NCBI GenBank assembly: GCA_951406725.2
Contig: OX597821.1
Span: forward strand, 61,690,001-61,754,000
DNA: 64,000 nucleotides
Source: Octopus vulgaris
Taxonomy: Eukaryota
Reading direction: 5' to 3'
Each line of letters begins with the position of its first letter. Position 1 is the stretch's first letter. This document shows, piece after piece, positions 1 to 11,849 of the stretch. The translations under genes and the position numbers were made by a program. Below the pieces are notes generated by a model. The model was not told where the DNA came from, made no database searches, and worked only from the letters and a program-made list of their open reading frames with translations.

Positions 1-86
1 TGACTAAAAAACAGTATATATATGTTGGAACTTGGATTGCTACAGACTCTTTTATCGTTAAGTGAATGAAATATATATAAAAATGT

Positions 87-280
87 AACCAGATGTGAAT
101 CGTTGGCAATTTTCCTCCTCTGTCTTCCATTCTTTTGGACTTTACTCTATTTCTGAAGAAGAGCTTTGCTCGAAACGTTAAACCGTCTTTCTTTCCTTTC
201 CTGGACGTCTGCTAATACATTACATGTACCATGTCCTCGCGTTGTTGATTTTTTTATGTTTGTTCTTCTTTTTTAGGATT

Positions 281-283
<3 letters not shown>
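87..283 (+). mobile_element. PLE 3' pseudo-LTR tail fragment with hammerhead motif
   Basis: Diverged copy of 45851-46066 and of the reverse complement of 39835-40060; ends in (TA)n. Confidence 0.65.
149..184 (+). ncRNA. Minimal type I hammerhead ribozyme motif
   Basis: attt-CTGAAGA-a-gagc(ttt)gctc-GAAA-cgtt-aaac: core boxes, stem II, palindromic AACGTT stem III. Confidence 0.6.
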
Positions 284-316
<33 letters not shown>

Positions 317-324
<8 letters not shown>

Positions 325-1185
325 AAGTCAAACCCAAAGGCCTTCTTTCATTAAGCGAAAGAATCGGCCTCAGTACGCTGAAAGATAGGACCCCTGTTCG
401 AAAAGGATGGCTCCTTCACAGACAGTTCAACCAGGATCAGTGAGGTACTGAATGACCTGTTCAAAAGTGTCTTTACCACCCCATTGGAACACAGACAAAT
501 GAACGAACCAGTGGACTTCTTTGCCGATTCGCCTACAACCAGTGAGGCAATTACGATGGAATACATTGACATTAGCGAAGAAGATACGCTACTAGCCATT
601 GATGAGGTGGACGTAAACTCAACTGCTGGTCCTGATGGTTTCCCAGCAATCCTCCTCAAATCGTATAAGTGTGCCCTGGCAAAGCCTCTCCAGATTCTCT
701 GTCAGAGCATTCTTTCAAATAGCAGACTGCCAAGCAAGCTGAAGGAAGGACTAATATGCCCAATCCTTAAAGGGGGAAGCAGAGCCGATTCCAAAAGTTA
801 TAGGTCTATCTCTCTGACTTCACACATCAGTAAAGTCATGGAACGGGTAGTCAGAGGGAAACTAATAGCATTCCTTGAAGAAAATTACTTGCTGAGTGAT
901 ACCCAGCATGGCTTCCGACTAGGTAGGTGCTGCAACATTATGACTGGGTGCTGAGGCAGTTACTCAACAACTCAAATATGGACGTAATATGCCTTGGTTT
1001 TGCGAAAGCGTTTTACAAATTGGACCGCTTACTGTCGAGAGTCCCATATGAACCTACCCCACGGCAGGAGGTGTACATGAGGGTAGCTACATCAAACACC
1101 ATTCTTCCCCAAGTTCCACACATCGGAGGAGGCTCTCAGTAATAACAGTGTAGCCGTAGCTCTGAGCTGAAACTACAGTAATTGA
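317..1185 (+). mobile_element. Truncated, internally deleted CR1/L2-group LINE (RT fragment plus ORF2 C-terminus/3' UTR)
   Basis: ORF 484-954 has AGPDGFP, ICPILKGGSRADSKSYRSISLTSHISKVMER, QHGFR; next frame DVICLGFAKAF is fused to KLDRLLSRVPYEP (ORF2 C-terminus). Confidence 0.9.
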
Positions 1186-1296
1186 ATTTTAAAAAAATAT
1201 ATATATATGTCTTCGCATGTAACACAAGTTAACGCTGCAATGCTATTTTGGGCGATGTGCCCTTTGTGTAAAGCATTTAATTATTACATTTGGGAA

Positions 1297-1835
1297 GGCG
1301 GCGAGCTCATAGAAATGTTAGCACGCCGGGCGAAATGCTTAGCGGAATTTCGTTTGCCGCTAAGTTCTGAGTTCAAATTCCGCTGAGGTCTACTTTGCCT
1401 CTCATCCTTTCGGGGTCGATTAAATAAGTACCAGTTACGCACTGGAGTCGATATAATCGACTTAATCCGTTTGTCTGTCCTTGATTGTCTTCCCTGTGTT
1501 TAGCCCCTTGTGGGTAGTAAAGAAATAGGTATTTCGTCTGCCGCTACGTTCTGAGTTCAAATTCTGCCGAGGTCGACTTTGCCTTTCATCCTTTCGGGGT
1601 CGATTAAATAAGTACCAGTTATGCACTGGAGTCGATGTAATCGACTTAATCCGTTTGTCTATCCTTGTTCGTCCCCGCTGTGTTTAGCCCCTTGTGGGTA
1701 GTAAAGAAATAGGTATTTCTACCATCTTCCCTATCTGAGTTCAAAGTATGGTGAGGTTGACTTTGCCTTTCAGGGTCGATAAAATAAGTATCGATCTAAC
1801 ACTTTCTGAAGTTGCTGAATTGTGCCAAAAGTCTA
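1297..1835 (+). mobile_element. tRNA-derived SINE (family B) with tandemly repeated ~180 bp body
   Basis: ggcggcgagct...gttagcacgccgggcgaaatgc head; GTTCAAATTC B-box; gtcgactttgcctttcatcctttcggggtcgat core present about 3 times. Confidence 0.85.
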
Positions 1836-2144
1836 AATTTATTATTGTATATGCATCAATATATCTTTTGTTCGTATGTAACATTCGGAATAGTTATCCG
1901 GGTTGGTGCTTCCTAATAAGTGATGCTAATTATGTATATAGCTTCTGTAATTGAAATTTTTCTTGATTAATAGATAGCATGGCATATAATCGATGAAATA
2001 TGAGGAAACAACGAACAGAATCAAATGCTCTTTATATGTATGGTAGCCAAGCGTCGCCTAATTGAAAAGGTGCTTAAAACTGGGATAACGACGCTAATAT
2101 TTTGATACACTAGCAGAACTCACTGCTTCCATCTAACTGATGAC

Positions 2145-2300
2145 GAGGCACGACTGTGCTGTAAGAAGCTCGCATTACAACCACACTGTTTCTGGTCCAG
2201 TTCCACTGTGTGGCATCTGTGGTGAACCATCTCTTCTGTAGCTCCGAACTTATCTACGCTTTGTCAGTGCATTTCGTAAACGAAACGGGAAAGAAGACCG

Positions 2301-2302
<2 letters not shown>
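2145..2302 (+). mobile_element. Degraded 5' half of SINE family A
   Basis: Similar to 13601-13740 (ggc..gctgtg.ggtaag...ccactg.gtggca...gaaac.gaaagaag). Confidence 0.6.
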
Positions 2303-2327
<25 letters not shown>

Positions 2328-2332
<5 letters not shown>

Positions 2333-2470
2333 GATGTTTAAAAAAATTCGATATCATTTCGCAATCTAACATGTCTGCAAGTTCTTGTTCAAATGACTTC
2401 AAATTTTAACAGCAAGTTTAGAAACATGTCAAATGTTTATGCATAGTGTTTCATGCGTTTATCGTTTCAG
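2328..2470 (+). mobile_element. Tc1/mariner-type terminal fragment
   Basis: TA followed by CAGGATGTTTAAAAAA resembles CAGGGTGTTTCAAAAA-type TIRs; no partner TIR seen. Confidence 0.3.
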
Positions 2471-2606
2471 GCATCGTCTGTCTATGTTTTGTTGTCCCTC
2501 TTTTGTATCACCTAACTGTCTGGGTGTTTTGCTTTCTTGTCCCATTTTTGTTTTTTTATATATAAAAATATAGCGGCGTATGTACACTTTCGTCTCCTAT
2601 ATGTAA

Positions 2607-2645
<39 letters not shown>

Positions 2646-2650
<5 letters not shown>

Positions 2651-3628
2651 TCTATTTTTCGTTGTTTTTTAAAAAATGTCCATTTCCTTGGTTTTGTGTT
2701 TATGTTTTCGTTTCTCATTGTGTTCGACGTTCTTTTGGTGTCCTGTACCCATATGTGCATGTATATATACATGTAGAGATAGGTACGCACATCTATGTAT
2801 GTATATATGCATATGTTTTATTTATTTATTAATTTATCATATGACGGAACGCACGCATCCATTTCTAACTAAGATTGTTCTTAATATTGATAACGATGCG
2901 CACTCTTAACCTCCCTTTCTCAGCCTTCATTCTTTTGGCTTTCCTTTTTTTTTACCTTACTGTCTCTCCCTCTCTCTCTCTCATTCTTCATTCTTTTCTC
3001 TACAACCATTCCCCTTTTTTATCTCCCTTTCTCTCACTTCTCCTCCTCCCTCCCGTCGTGGTCACGTGATGAGATGGCTATCTCTGTCTTTCTTCTCCTG
3101 ACTTCCTCCAAGTAGAGACGGTCAATCTGTTGCTCCTTGCTGTCTCAAACAATAGCGTTCGTAAAAAAATTTTATCTCGTTTTGCTTAACAGCCCTTCTT
3201 GTTTGTGTTACTGTTATTTTCACTGTCCTGTTTTTACTGTTTATATTTTGTACTGTCGTTACTGTCCTGTTTTCGTTACTATTTTTTCCCCTCCGCAAAA
3301 AATCTCAAATTTTATTTAATTTGATTTTCGCGGGAAGGAAAATTTCATTGAAGTCATGTATCGCCTTGACCTTCGAAACGTGGAGTAGATGAAATTAAGG
3401 CGACTGAAGAAGGGGAATTTTCCTTGTTTTGTATGTCCTGTACTCTATTTTTTCGTTGTTTTTTAAAAAAATGTCCATTTCCTCGGTTTTGTGTTTATGT
3501 TTTCGTTTCTCATTGTGTTCGAAGTTTTTTTTGGGTGTCCTGTACCCATATATGCATGTATATATACATGTAGAGGTAGGTACGTACATATATGTATGTA
3601 TATATGCATATATTTTTTTTATTTATTA

Positions 3629-3632
<4 letters not shown>
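2646..3632 (+). mobile_element. Non-coding PLE pseudo-LTR-like element with duplicated 3' tail
   Basis: 2646-2832 is repeated directly at ~3439-3632; degenerate HHR at 3341-3397; bounded by (TA)n; tail resembles 43040-43160. Confidence 0.5.
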
Positions 3633-3676
<44 letters not shown>

Positions 3677-4189
3677 TGTGTATGACTATTATTCTTTCTA
3701 TTCTATTGATTGATTGATTGATTCTAGTTTCAGCTCATGAGCTGTGGCCATCCTGGGGCACCGCCATTTATTCTTTCCTTCCTTCCTTCTTTCTTTCTAT
3801 CAGCCCCTTCACACTTCGTTCATTTCACTCTTCGTTCTTTCGTTTCCCCTCTCTCACAATTCCTGGCCTTATATTCATGCTCACATTCCCTTCTCTTTTA
3901 ATTCACTCAGCCCCTTTCATTTTTTTTCGTCTGTCTGTCTGTCTGTTTATCTATCAAACTAGCTAACTATATACATGTGTTGTATATACGTATATTTCCC
4001 ATGTCGGAAACCGAACTCACCACGTTGTTTTCATTCTCTCTCTCTCCTTATTTCCTATTATTCCATTCTGTTGAAGAGCGTAGACTTTTCAATTTTTCCC
4101 GAAGGCCAGACTATTACACCTACATGTTGATCCTACACACATGTCTTCGTCTTTGTTATTCTATAAATTTGAACTATATATACATGCAC

Positions 4190-4237
<48 letters not shown>

Positions 4238-4259
4238 TATGTACATATATACATATATA

Positions 4260-4295
<36 letters not shown>

Positions 4296-4544
4296 CATAA
4301 ATAAATTACGAATGTGTGTGTCCTTTTATATAATCCATTACTGTTTGAAAACTGGTGTTGCTCTGTGTACCTGTCCGTAACTTAGTGGTTCGGCAAGGGC
4401 TCCTATATAATCAATATTAGGCTCTTTAAAAAATAAACAATTGTCGATTTGTTTGATTAATCCATCAAGGTAGTGTCCTGCCATTGCCGCAGTTCTATGG
4501 TTGAAAGAAGACAGATTAAGTCTACTTGTATGTTGCGAATCCAT

Positions 4545-5850
4545 CTTAAAGACCTCATTGGTTTCCTTATATCTTCATAAATCTAGATCTAGGTTGGCAT
4601 ACATTTGTGTCTTAGACGAATGATGCAGCATGCACTTTGCTTATTTCATACTAATATGATCCGTGTCTGATTTCTGTCTGGTAAGTGAAATTTTAGTCCT
4701 TACATATCACTTAATTCTTATCCGCTGACGTATTATTTAATGTGTGATGGTAATTCTTTACGTAGTTTTGTCAGTACTATCTTCTGTAATAAATAATTAC
4801 CATGGTATATAAGCGAGGAATGTTAATTAGACAGACCTTTCCTTGTAATCTACTGCAATTTTATCTGCGTCAAACCTTTAAGTCTCCAGAGTTCTTTGTG
4901 TTAATTCACACACAAATTAGATTTCCCTGATGAGTATTTTGTGGTATTTGCTACTTGCTGTCTTATAATTCTTGGCCGAATTCCTATTTCATTTCTCAAC
5001 AAATATTCTCTTTTACTCTTTTAATATTTTACTTGTTTCAGTCATTTTGACTTCGGCCATGATGGAGCACCGCCTTTTTTTCTTTGTGAGCCTTGTACTT
5101 ATTCTATCGGTTTTTTTGCCGAACCGCTAAGTTACGGGGACGTAAACACACCACCATCTGTTGTGAAGCGACGTTGAGGGGGAGAAACACAGACACACAC
5201 ACACACACACACAAACACAGACATATATACATATATACAACGGGCTTCTTTCAGTTTCCGTCTACCAAATCCACTCACAAGGTTTTGATCGCCCCGAGGT
5301 TATAGTAGAAGACATTTGCCAAGGTGCCACGCAGTCGGAATGAACCCGGAACCATGTGGTTGGTAAGCGAGCTACTTACCACACAGCCACTCATTTATCA
5401 TTTCTTCTTGAATATAAAGATCTTTTGAATATATTACAACCTTATTATATACTATATCTCATATTTTGATGAGGTATATACGTAATGTAAATAAGAATAT
5501 ATGGATACGAGTTTATTTTTAGTTACGCCTTCTGTTGAGCTCTGTTCTCATTCGATTACAGAGACCGTTAAAAATATTATCAGGCTTTATACTGCCTCGT
5601 ACATAGATTAGTGAAATTTCTGCCGCTACTCTCTTTGCCCTATATTTTAACTGATAAGAAGTGTGTCGTGAGTTGATGCACCGTAAACTCCTTAGGTCTC
5701 TCAGATGAGGATACTCAGCAATTATAATTTGCTAATATGCAGACCCTACCACTCTAGTCTAGAAACGTATATGCTCTTCATTTACCTAATGTTGAAGGAA
5801 TTCCATGCATTTTCTTTCTATCTTCAATATAATTGAAAAGTCTATTATAT
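4545..5850 (+). pseudogene. LRR relic segment (split by a SINE)
   Basis: TSLVSLYLHK, CDGNSFT, FLNIKIF*IYYNLI, K*EYMDTS. Confidence 0.5.
5007..5392 (-). mobile_element. SINE family A, near full length
   Basis: Reverse complement of 27699-28113. Confidence 0.9.
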
Positions 5851-5895
5851 GTATGTGTGTATGTATGCGGGCATGTTTAGCACATACATTTAGGT

Positions 5896-5944
<49 letters not shown>

Positions 5945-5947
<3 letters not shown>

Positions 5948-6430
5948 AAAATGAAGGATTTAGATCTAAACGAAGAGTTACACTGGGTAAATTCTATAGT
6001 TGGTCCACGATTAAGTTCCAAGATCACACCTAAGGCTAGATCTAGGGATCCATGATAAGGTTCCGTTATAGCATGTATATATTATATTAGAGGAAAAAAC
6101 AAAACCAAGGCAGAACGAGTATGTCAAGTCATTTTGCATTAGGTATTCCGTCATCAGAGATAAGGTTTGAATATTTTAGATGGGGAAAATTGTTCAGTTT
6201 ACAAGGAATAAAATTCACAGTTTATGAGGAATAAAATTGAAGAATAAAGTAGTAAAATAGAAGAATAAAGAGTAAAGGCAGTTACAAGAATACAAGCAGG
6301 AGAATAATGTTCACAACGCATCTTTTTCAAGAGGATATGGATGTCGGTCGGTACTTCCATGGAGGTACAGGTTTTTAGTTAAAATCCCTGGTAAATCCAG
6401 GCAATATTTTGATAGTGTTCTGAATGATGT
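5945..6430 (-). mobile_element. Degraded PLE 3' end
   Basis: Minus strand AWIYQ..LKT.YLHG resembles a GIY-YIG C-terminus (WIxxLKTLYPHGLN); CTGATGA box at 6159-6165; ends in (TA)n. Confidence 0.3.
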
Positions 6431-6497
6431 ATTCATATTGTCATTGTGTATATAGAGCGAGAAGTTAGGATGGACATAAATGGGTTTTGTGAGAGCG

Positions 6498-6572
<75 letters not shown>

Positions 6573-6630
6573 GAGAGTGTAAGAGAGAGGAGAAAGAGAG
6601 AAAGAGAGATCGGAGAAGGGATTGCACAAT

Positions 6631-6720
6631 TTTACATTTACAGTGGCAAAAGGGAAAAAAATTACATTTACAGTGGTAAAAGGGAAAATAATTACATTTA
6701 CAGTGGTAAAAGGGAAAAAA
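6631..6720 (+). repeat. 30 bp tandem repeat x3
   Basis: (a/t)ttacatttacagtgg(c/t)aaaagggaaaa(a/t)a three times. Confidence 0.9.
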
Positions 6721-6778
6721 TAAGAAATAAATAGATATAAAAAATAATAAAAATATAAATAAAAATGGTTATAATGAA

Positions 6779-7140
6779 AACAAGAGCACTCAAAGAGCAG
6801 AAACCTCTGCCAAGGCAACACCAACGCCCTCGCAATCATTAACCGGAGATGATTTTTAAAATGAGATAATCGACTGCTCTCACAAACGACAATAATAAAA
6901 ATGAAGCCCGACCGCTCTCAAAAACTAAGTAAAAAAAATCTGGAAAAGTAATCCAGAATCCTTGTCCGGTTTCGGATAAATCCCCAAATCTAATCACTTC
7001 GTGCCAGTCACAAGGCCTAACATAACTGAAAGTTTCGTCCGAATCCATCCAGCGGTTCTTAAGATATCTTGTCCACGGTCAAACAAACAATCAAGCGCAA
7101 CTGAAATCAATACCTACTCCTTCACTAAGGAGGAGATAAA
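6779..7140 (-). mobile_element. Non-autonomous Helentron-associated element (HINE/DINE-1-like)
   Basis: Minus-strand 3' end ccttggcagaggt + gctctttgagtgc stem-loop + TT; 5' palindromic ctccttagtgaaggag; internal aaagtttcgtccgaatccatccagcggttcttaagatat typical of these elements. Confidence 0.6.
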
Positions 7141-7428
7141 AAATGAAATAAAGGATGAGGTAATGAGTGATATATCCTAAATGAGTTTTCTGAGTGAGTG
7201 TGTACGGGAGAGAATAGAGGGAATAAAATAAAAAAAAAAGATAAAGATAACAAGGTAAAGAATAAGATAATAAAGAAATAAACAAAAATAAAGGTAACGA
7301 TATAGATATGTCTGTATTGTATGGGGGTTAGGGTCAATCGTTAAAGTTTCAGTAGAGTGAGAGTGGAAGTCCAGTCTAGGTAAGGTTATAAGGACATTAG
7401 TGCAGATACTTAAAACTGTATTTCAAGG

Positions 7429-7484
<56 letters not shown>

Positions 7485-7485
<1 letters not shown>

Positions 7486-7653
7486 TCTTTTATTCTTTTA
7501 TTCACTTAGTACAGTCATTTGCCTGCGGCCATGCTGAATCACCGCCTTTACTTGAACTAATCGACTCCAGGACTTATTCTTTATAAGCTTAGTGCTTATT
7601 CTCACCAGCATCGGTTGTCAAGCGATGGTGGAGTGACAAACACAGACACACAA

Positions 7654-7720
<67 letters not shown>

Positions 7721-7759
7721 CATATACGAACGGGCTTTTTTCAGTTTCCGTCTACCAAA
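7485..7759 (-). mobile_element. SINE family A, 3' part
   Basis: Matches the reverse complement of 27830-28110, including the internal (TA)n. Confidence 0.8.
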
Positions 7760-7980
7760 TGGCTCTGAAACCCAATCACTCTGAGATGTTCGTATTGGAG
7801 ATTCCGGCGCAAATGTCGTTTCCAAATTTCTGGCAGCGTGAATTGCGTCATGGTGCTGTTTTTCTCACAAACAGTTCCCAACTGACCCTACCATATTGTG
7901 TACTCGAGAAAATGAAAAACAAACAATGCGTATGCGCGAAATCAAAAGTATGTATATGTATGTCTGTCTCTTTTTGTTGG

Positions 7981-8021
<41 letters not shown>

Positions 8022-8087
8022 ACGTGGTTTTATAGTCAGAGTTTCGACTGCTATTTCGGCATGTTGGTGTCTTTTAGACACCCTCAT

Positions 8088-8129
<42 letters not shown>

Positions 8130-8799
8130 CTATCTAGCTATATATATATGTGTATATATGCATGTATGTATGTTTGTGTGTATATCACACATTATCTCCA
8201 TAAAAGACTTCAAAATGTTATAAAAAATCTCATATGTTTTATTCAACCGTCTTATTTCGTTAAAAACTACACTGCTTTGAATAATTTTGCTTTAATCTGT
8301 AAACCACATGTCATCTGATCAATTGCGGCTGACAAATGCTGTAAATTTTTAATCGGCCAGTGTTTTGTGTCGTCGTTTGCATGAAATATTTATATTATCA
8401 ATGAAGGTATTTTGCCAAGTATTGTGGGGAAAACTCTCACAAAGACAGACCATAGAAGAATAAATTTGCTTATAATACAAGCGATGAAAAAGAATTTACA
8501 TAACATTGATTTATTTCTGTAGCGTTGTACCACTTACATAGTTAGGGTTGTATTGGATTTAATCAACAACTGTTATAACCGTTGCCTGTATTTATGAATC
8601 GCAGAAACAGACAGTTAAATTATAGCGTTCTTTATTTTCACCTATTTTACCTCCATGTTTTTTGTAATTTTTTAGTGTATTTTATAATTCGATAATGAAA
8701 GATTGGTGGAATTCAAACCACCGCACTAGATCTTAAAATAATTTTATATGAACAAGCTTCAGTACTTTCATTAAATCATTAAAATATTATTAATCTTAT

Positions 8800-8996
8800 C
8801 ACTTACTTTGGTTTCAAATTTTGGCAGAAGCCAACAGTTTCGGGGAAGGGGATAAATCGATTACTTATTTTATCGATTTCGAAAGGATGAAACGCACAGT
8901 TGACCCTCATACCATTGAACTCAGAAAGTAGAGTCGGGAGAAGTGTTACTAAGCATTTTTTCAAATGTGGTAACAGGTCTGCCAACGCGCTGCCTT
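8800..8996 (-). mobile_element. Degraded SINE family B
   Basis: Reverse-complement similarity to 1297-1470 (aaaggatgaaa..gttgacc..gaactcagaa). Confidence 0.6.
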
Positions 8997-9025
8997 AATT
9001 CTCACCATCTATATTAGAAAATGTG

Positions 9026-9262
9026 GAGGTCCGTGGCTTAGTGGTTAGGGTGTCAGCATCATGATCGCAAGATTGTGGTTTCGATTCCTGGATCGGGTGA
9101 CGCGTGGTATTCTTGAGCAAGACACTTCATTTCACGTTACTCCAGTCCACTCAGCTGGAAAAAATGAGTAACACTGCGATGGACTGGAGTCCCGTCCAGC
9201 TAGGGAGCACACATACGCCATTGAAACCGGGAAACCTGGCTAAGATTTAAAAGGACGCATTT
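9026..9262 (+). mobile_element. tRNA-derived SINE family C (V-SINE-like body)
   Basis: A-box tggcttagtgg, B-box ggtttcgattcc, then cttgagcaagacactt and gcgatggactggagtcccgtccag. Confidence 0.8.
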
Positions 9263-9921
9263 ATTATTTTATATTAGAAGCTATTCTGTAGTGTTCAACA
9301 ACATACAATGTTTTACTTTCAAATATGTAACGGGAATGCTTTTATCTACCAAAATACACCTATACACGAATATTTTCAGCACGTTTGTTGTTATGTGTGC
9401 ATGCATATATGTTTGTTCTCTTGCGTTATATTTCTTCATAGAATTCAGGTCGATTTACCAAATAGGGATCAAGTTTCAGATTTTGAGTCAAGAATCAGAG
9501 ATAATGTATCATCCAATCATATATATGTAAATACATGTGCAGATTATCTCCCTTGGTGTGGTCTGTGTAAACGTCTCTTTTGTTTACGACTTTATGTGAT
9601 GACGTTTCGTCTGTACGCCATTACAGGAACCTAAGATGGAAGATATTGTTAAATGTTTTACAATTCTTCACTACAAATCTAAAAAGGAAATTGTGTATAT
9701 ATACACAGATAGAGCGGGAGAAAGAGAGAGAGAGAGATAGTGAAGACAGAGAAAGAGGGAGAAAGTGAGGGACAGAGGGAAGGAGAGAGAGATGTAAATT
9801 CAGCATTAATTGAATACGTATGTATTTTCTTTTTCAACTGCGTTGAAAAGTTCCCTAACGCTGGTCGGACACACGTTACGAAACTTTATAATAGTAAATA
9901 AACGTCTCTCTCTCTCTCTCT

Positions 9922-9980
<59 letters not shown>

Positions 9981-10439
9981 AATATTCATATGCTGTTAGT
10001 TGTATAAAAATACATATGTATATATGTATTCATATATATATACATACACATATACGCACACACAGACACATAACATATTTGTGTGTGTGTGTGTGTGTGT
10101 GCGCGTGAGCGTATTATGTTCTGTAAATGTAAATTTATTGAATATGATACATGAGTATTATGTATCTATAATTGTGAATTTTAAAATGAGCATCTGGAAT
10201 TGTTGATATAGAGTCGTAAAATGAAGAGCTCGTTGGGGGTTGTTGGAGAAATTTATGTGTGCATGTGTGCGTGTGTTTGTACGAGTGTACAATTTATAAG
10301 ATTGAGCGTTTGTCTCCTCTTTCAAGTTTTCCTATATATATATATATATATATGCATGTATATGTTTTGTATGTATGTGCATACATACATGCAAATACAC
10401 AGACATGTATGTACGCACACATGTATGTACAGACACAAA

Positions 10440-11320
10440 GAATAGAAAACGTTTGATTTAATGACACAATTTCTTGATAAACATTCATTCTCCATATCCT
10501 TTGTAATATTGATTCCAGTGTCGTTACGCATATAAAAATTGAAAGCTATTTCTTCTAAGAATCGAATAGTTTTCTTCTCATTTCTATTTAATCACACACA
10601 ATCTACCATATGCGACGCAGTTATTTCATAATTTACAATTTTAATTAACACCCCGAAGTTTAAACTGAAATAATTTTCCATTAAGTACGTAATTTAAAGT
10701 CGGAATTCTTTTTCAAATTGTCGATTCCTTTCACCAAGAAGCACTTAAACTTGTTCAATTGTTGTACATGTGTCAGGTTTCTAACACATTAACACCGTTG
10801 TGGCGTCCCGCTTTTTCTTTTTGTTTGCTTAAAGTAGAAATATTAATGAACGTACAGATTTAATTAGTGTTGCTATTAGTGTCGATAAAAAAAAGAAATA
10901 GTGATTTAATTTATAAACTGAAGATCAATTAATATCGATAAAAGAGACTTAAAGGAAACGGTAACTTTCCTTGAACATTATAGCTGTTTTTTTTTGTGTG
11001 TGTGTGTGGGGGGGGGGGGAATCGAAGCCGCCACACATACAATTGGTGTTTTAAGTCAGGGATTAATAATTCATTATGGATATAATCGCAAACGTAATTG
11101 AATGTACAATGGAAATTCAATGAGAAGTAAAAGAATTAACCTCATTCTGCAACGTAAGAAGAACTGGTGTCCTAAACCAATGTAAATGAAATAATCCTTT
11201 TATACAATTTAATCTTAAATCATTTTCAGTGTAAACGACAATGTTTGCTGGGGTTATAGTTGTAAATATTTAAATCGAAAGCGATAGAGCTTCGTTAGTT
11301 ATGACTTTAGTGGTCATTGA
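10440..11320 (+). pseudogene. LRR relic segment
   Basis: LIPVSLRI*KLKAISSKNRI; ELVS*TNVNEIILLYNLI. Confidence 0.5.
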
Positions 11321-11849
11321 ATATCGATTTTTGGCATAGACACAACGATACATGATTTTATGAGGCTTGATATTTGATCAAATCGGTAACGGTACTTAAC
11401 TGGTACTTAATTTTACCGACCCAGAAAAATTTAAACGTACGTATCAACTTGAGAGAGCCGTAGAACAGTGTGTAGAGACCGAAACAAATGCTGCCAAGCA
11501 TTCTGTCCCCGCTCTGTCAATCCACTCTCTTGGTTCAATGAATAAGTAATCATCTATTTGTAGAATTCGGTTGGTAGAAGATTACTGTCAAATTTAGAAA
11601 ATGGTTATTTATAGTAAATTACGTGTTCTCGTTTTCAAAACCTTTTTCTAAACTCGGTTCTTATAGATTTGAAATTATACAAACTTAGATTCGTGGAACT
11701 ATATTATAATGCTGGGTATGCGTTGACATACACACACACATACATACACACATATGCATAGACACACGCACTCACACGTACGCACACACATTACAATATA
11801 CACACACACATATGTATTGACACGCCCACATACAAACTCAGACGAATAA

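Larger units (their letters stand above)
8185..9680 (+). pseudogene. LRR relic block ending in a cap motif
   Basis: FNRLISLKTTLL; ORF 9291 NNIQCF..LLSTKIHLYTNIFSTF; FVCTPLQEPKMEDIV (9606-9650) resembles the NPLxxPPxE cap. Confidence 0.65.
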
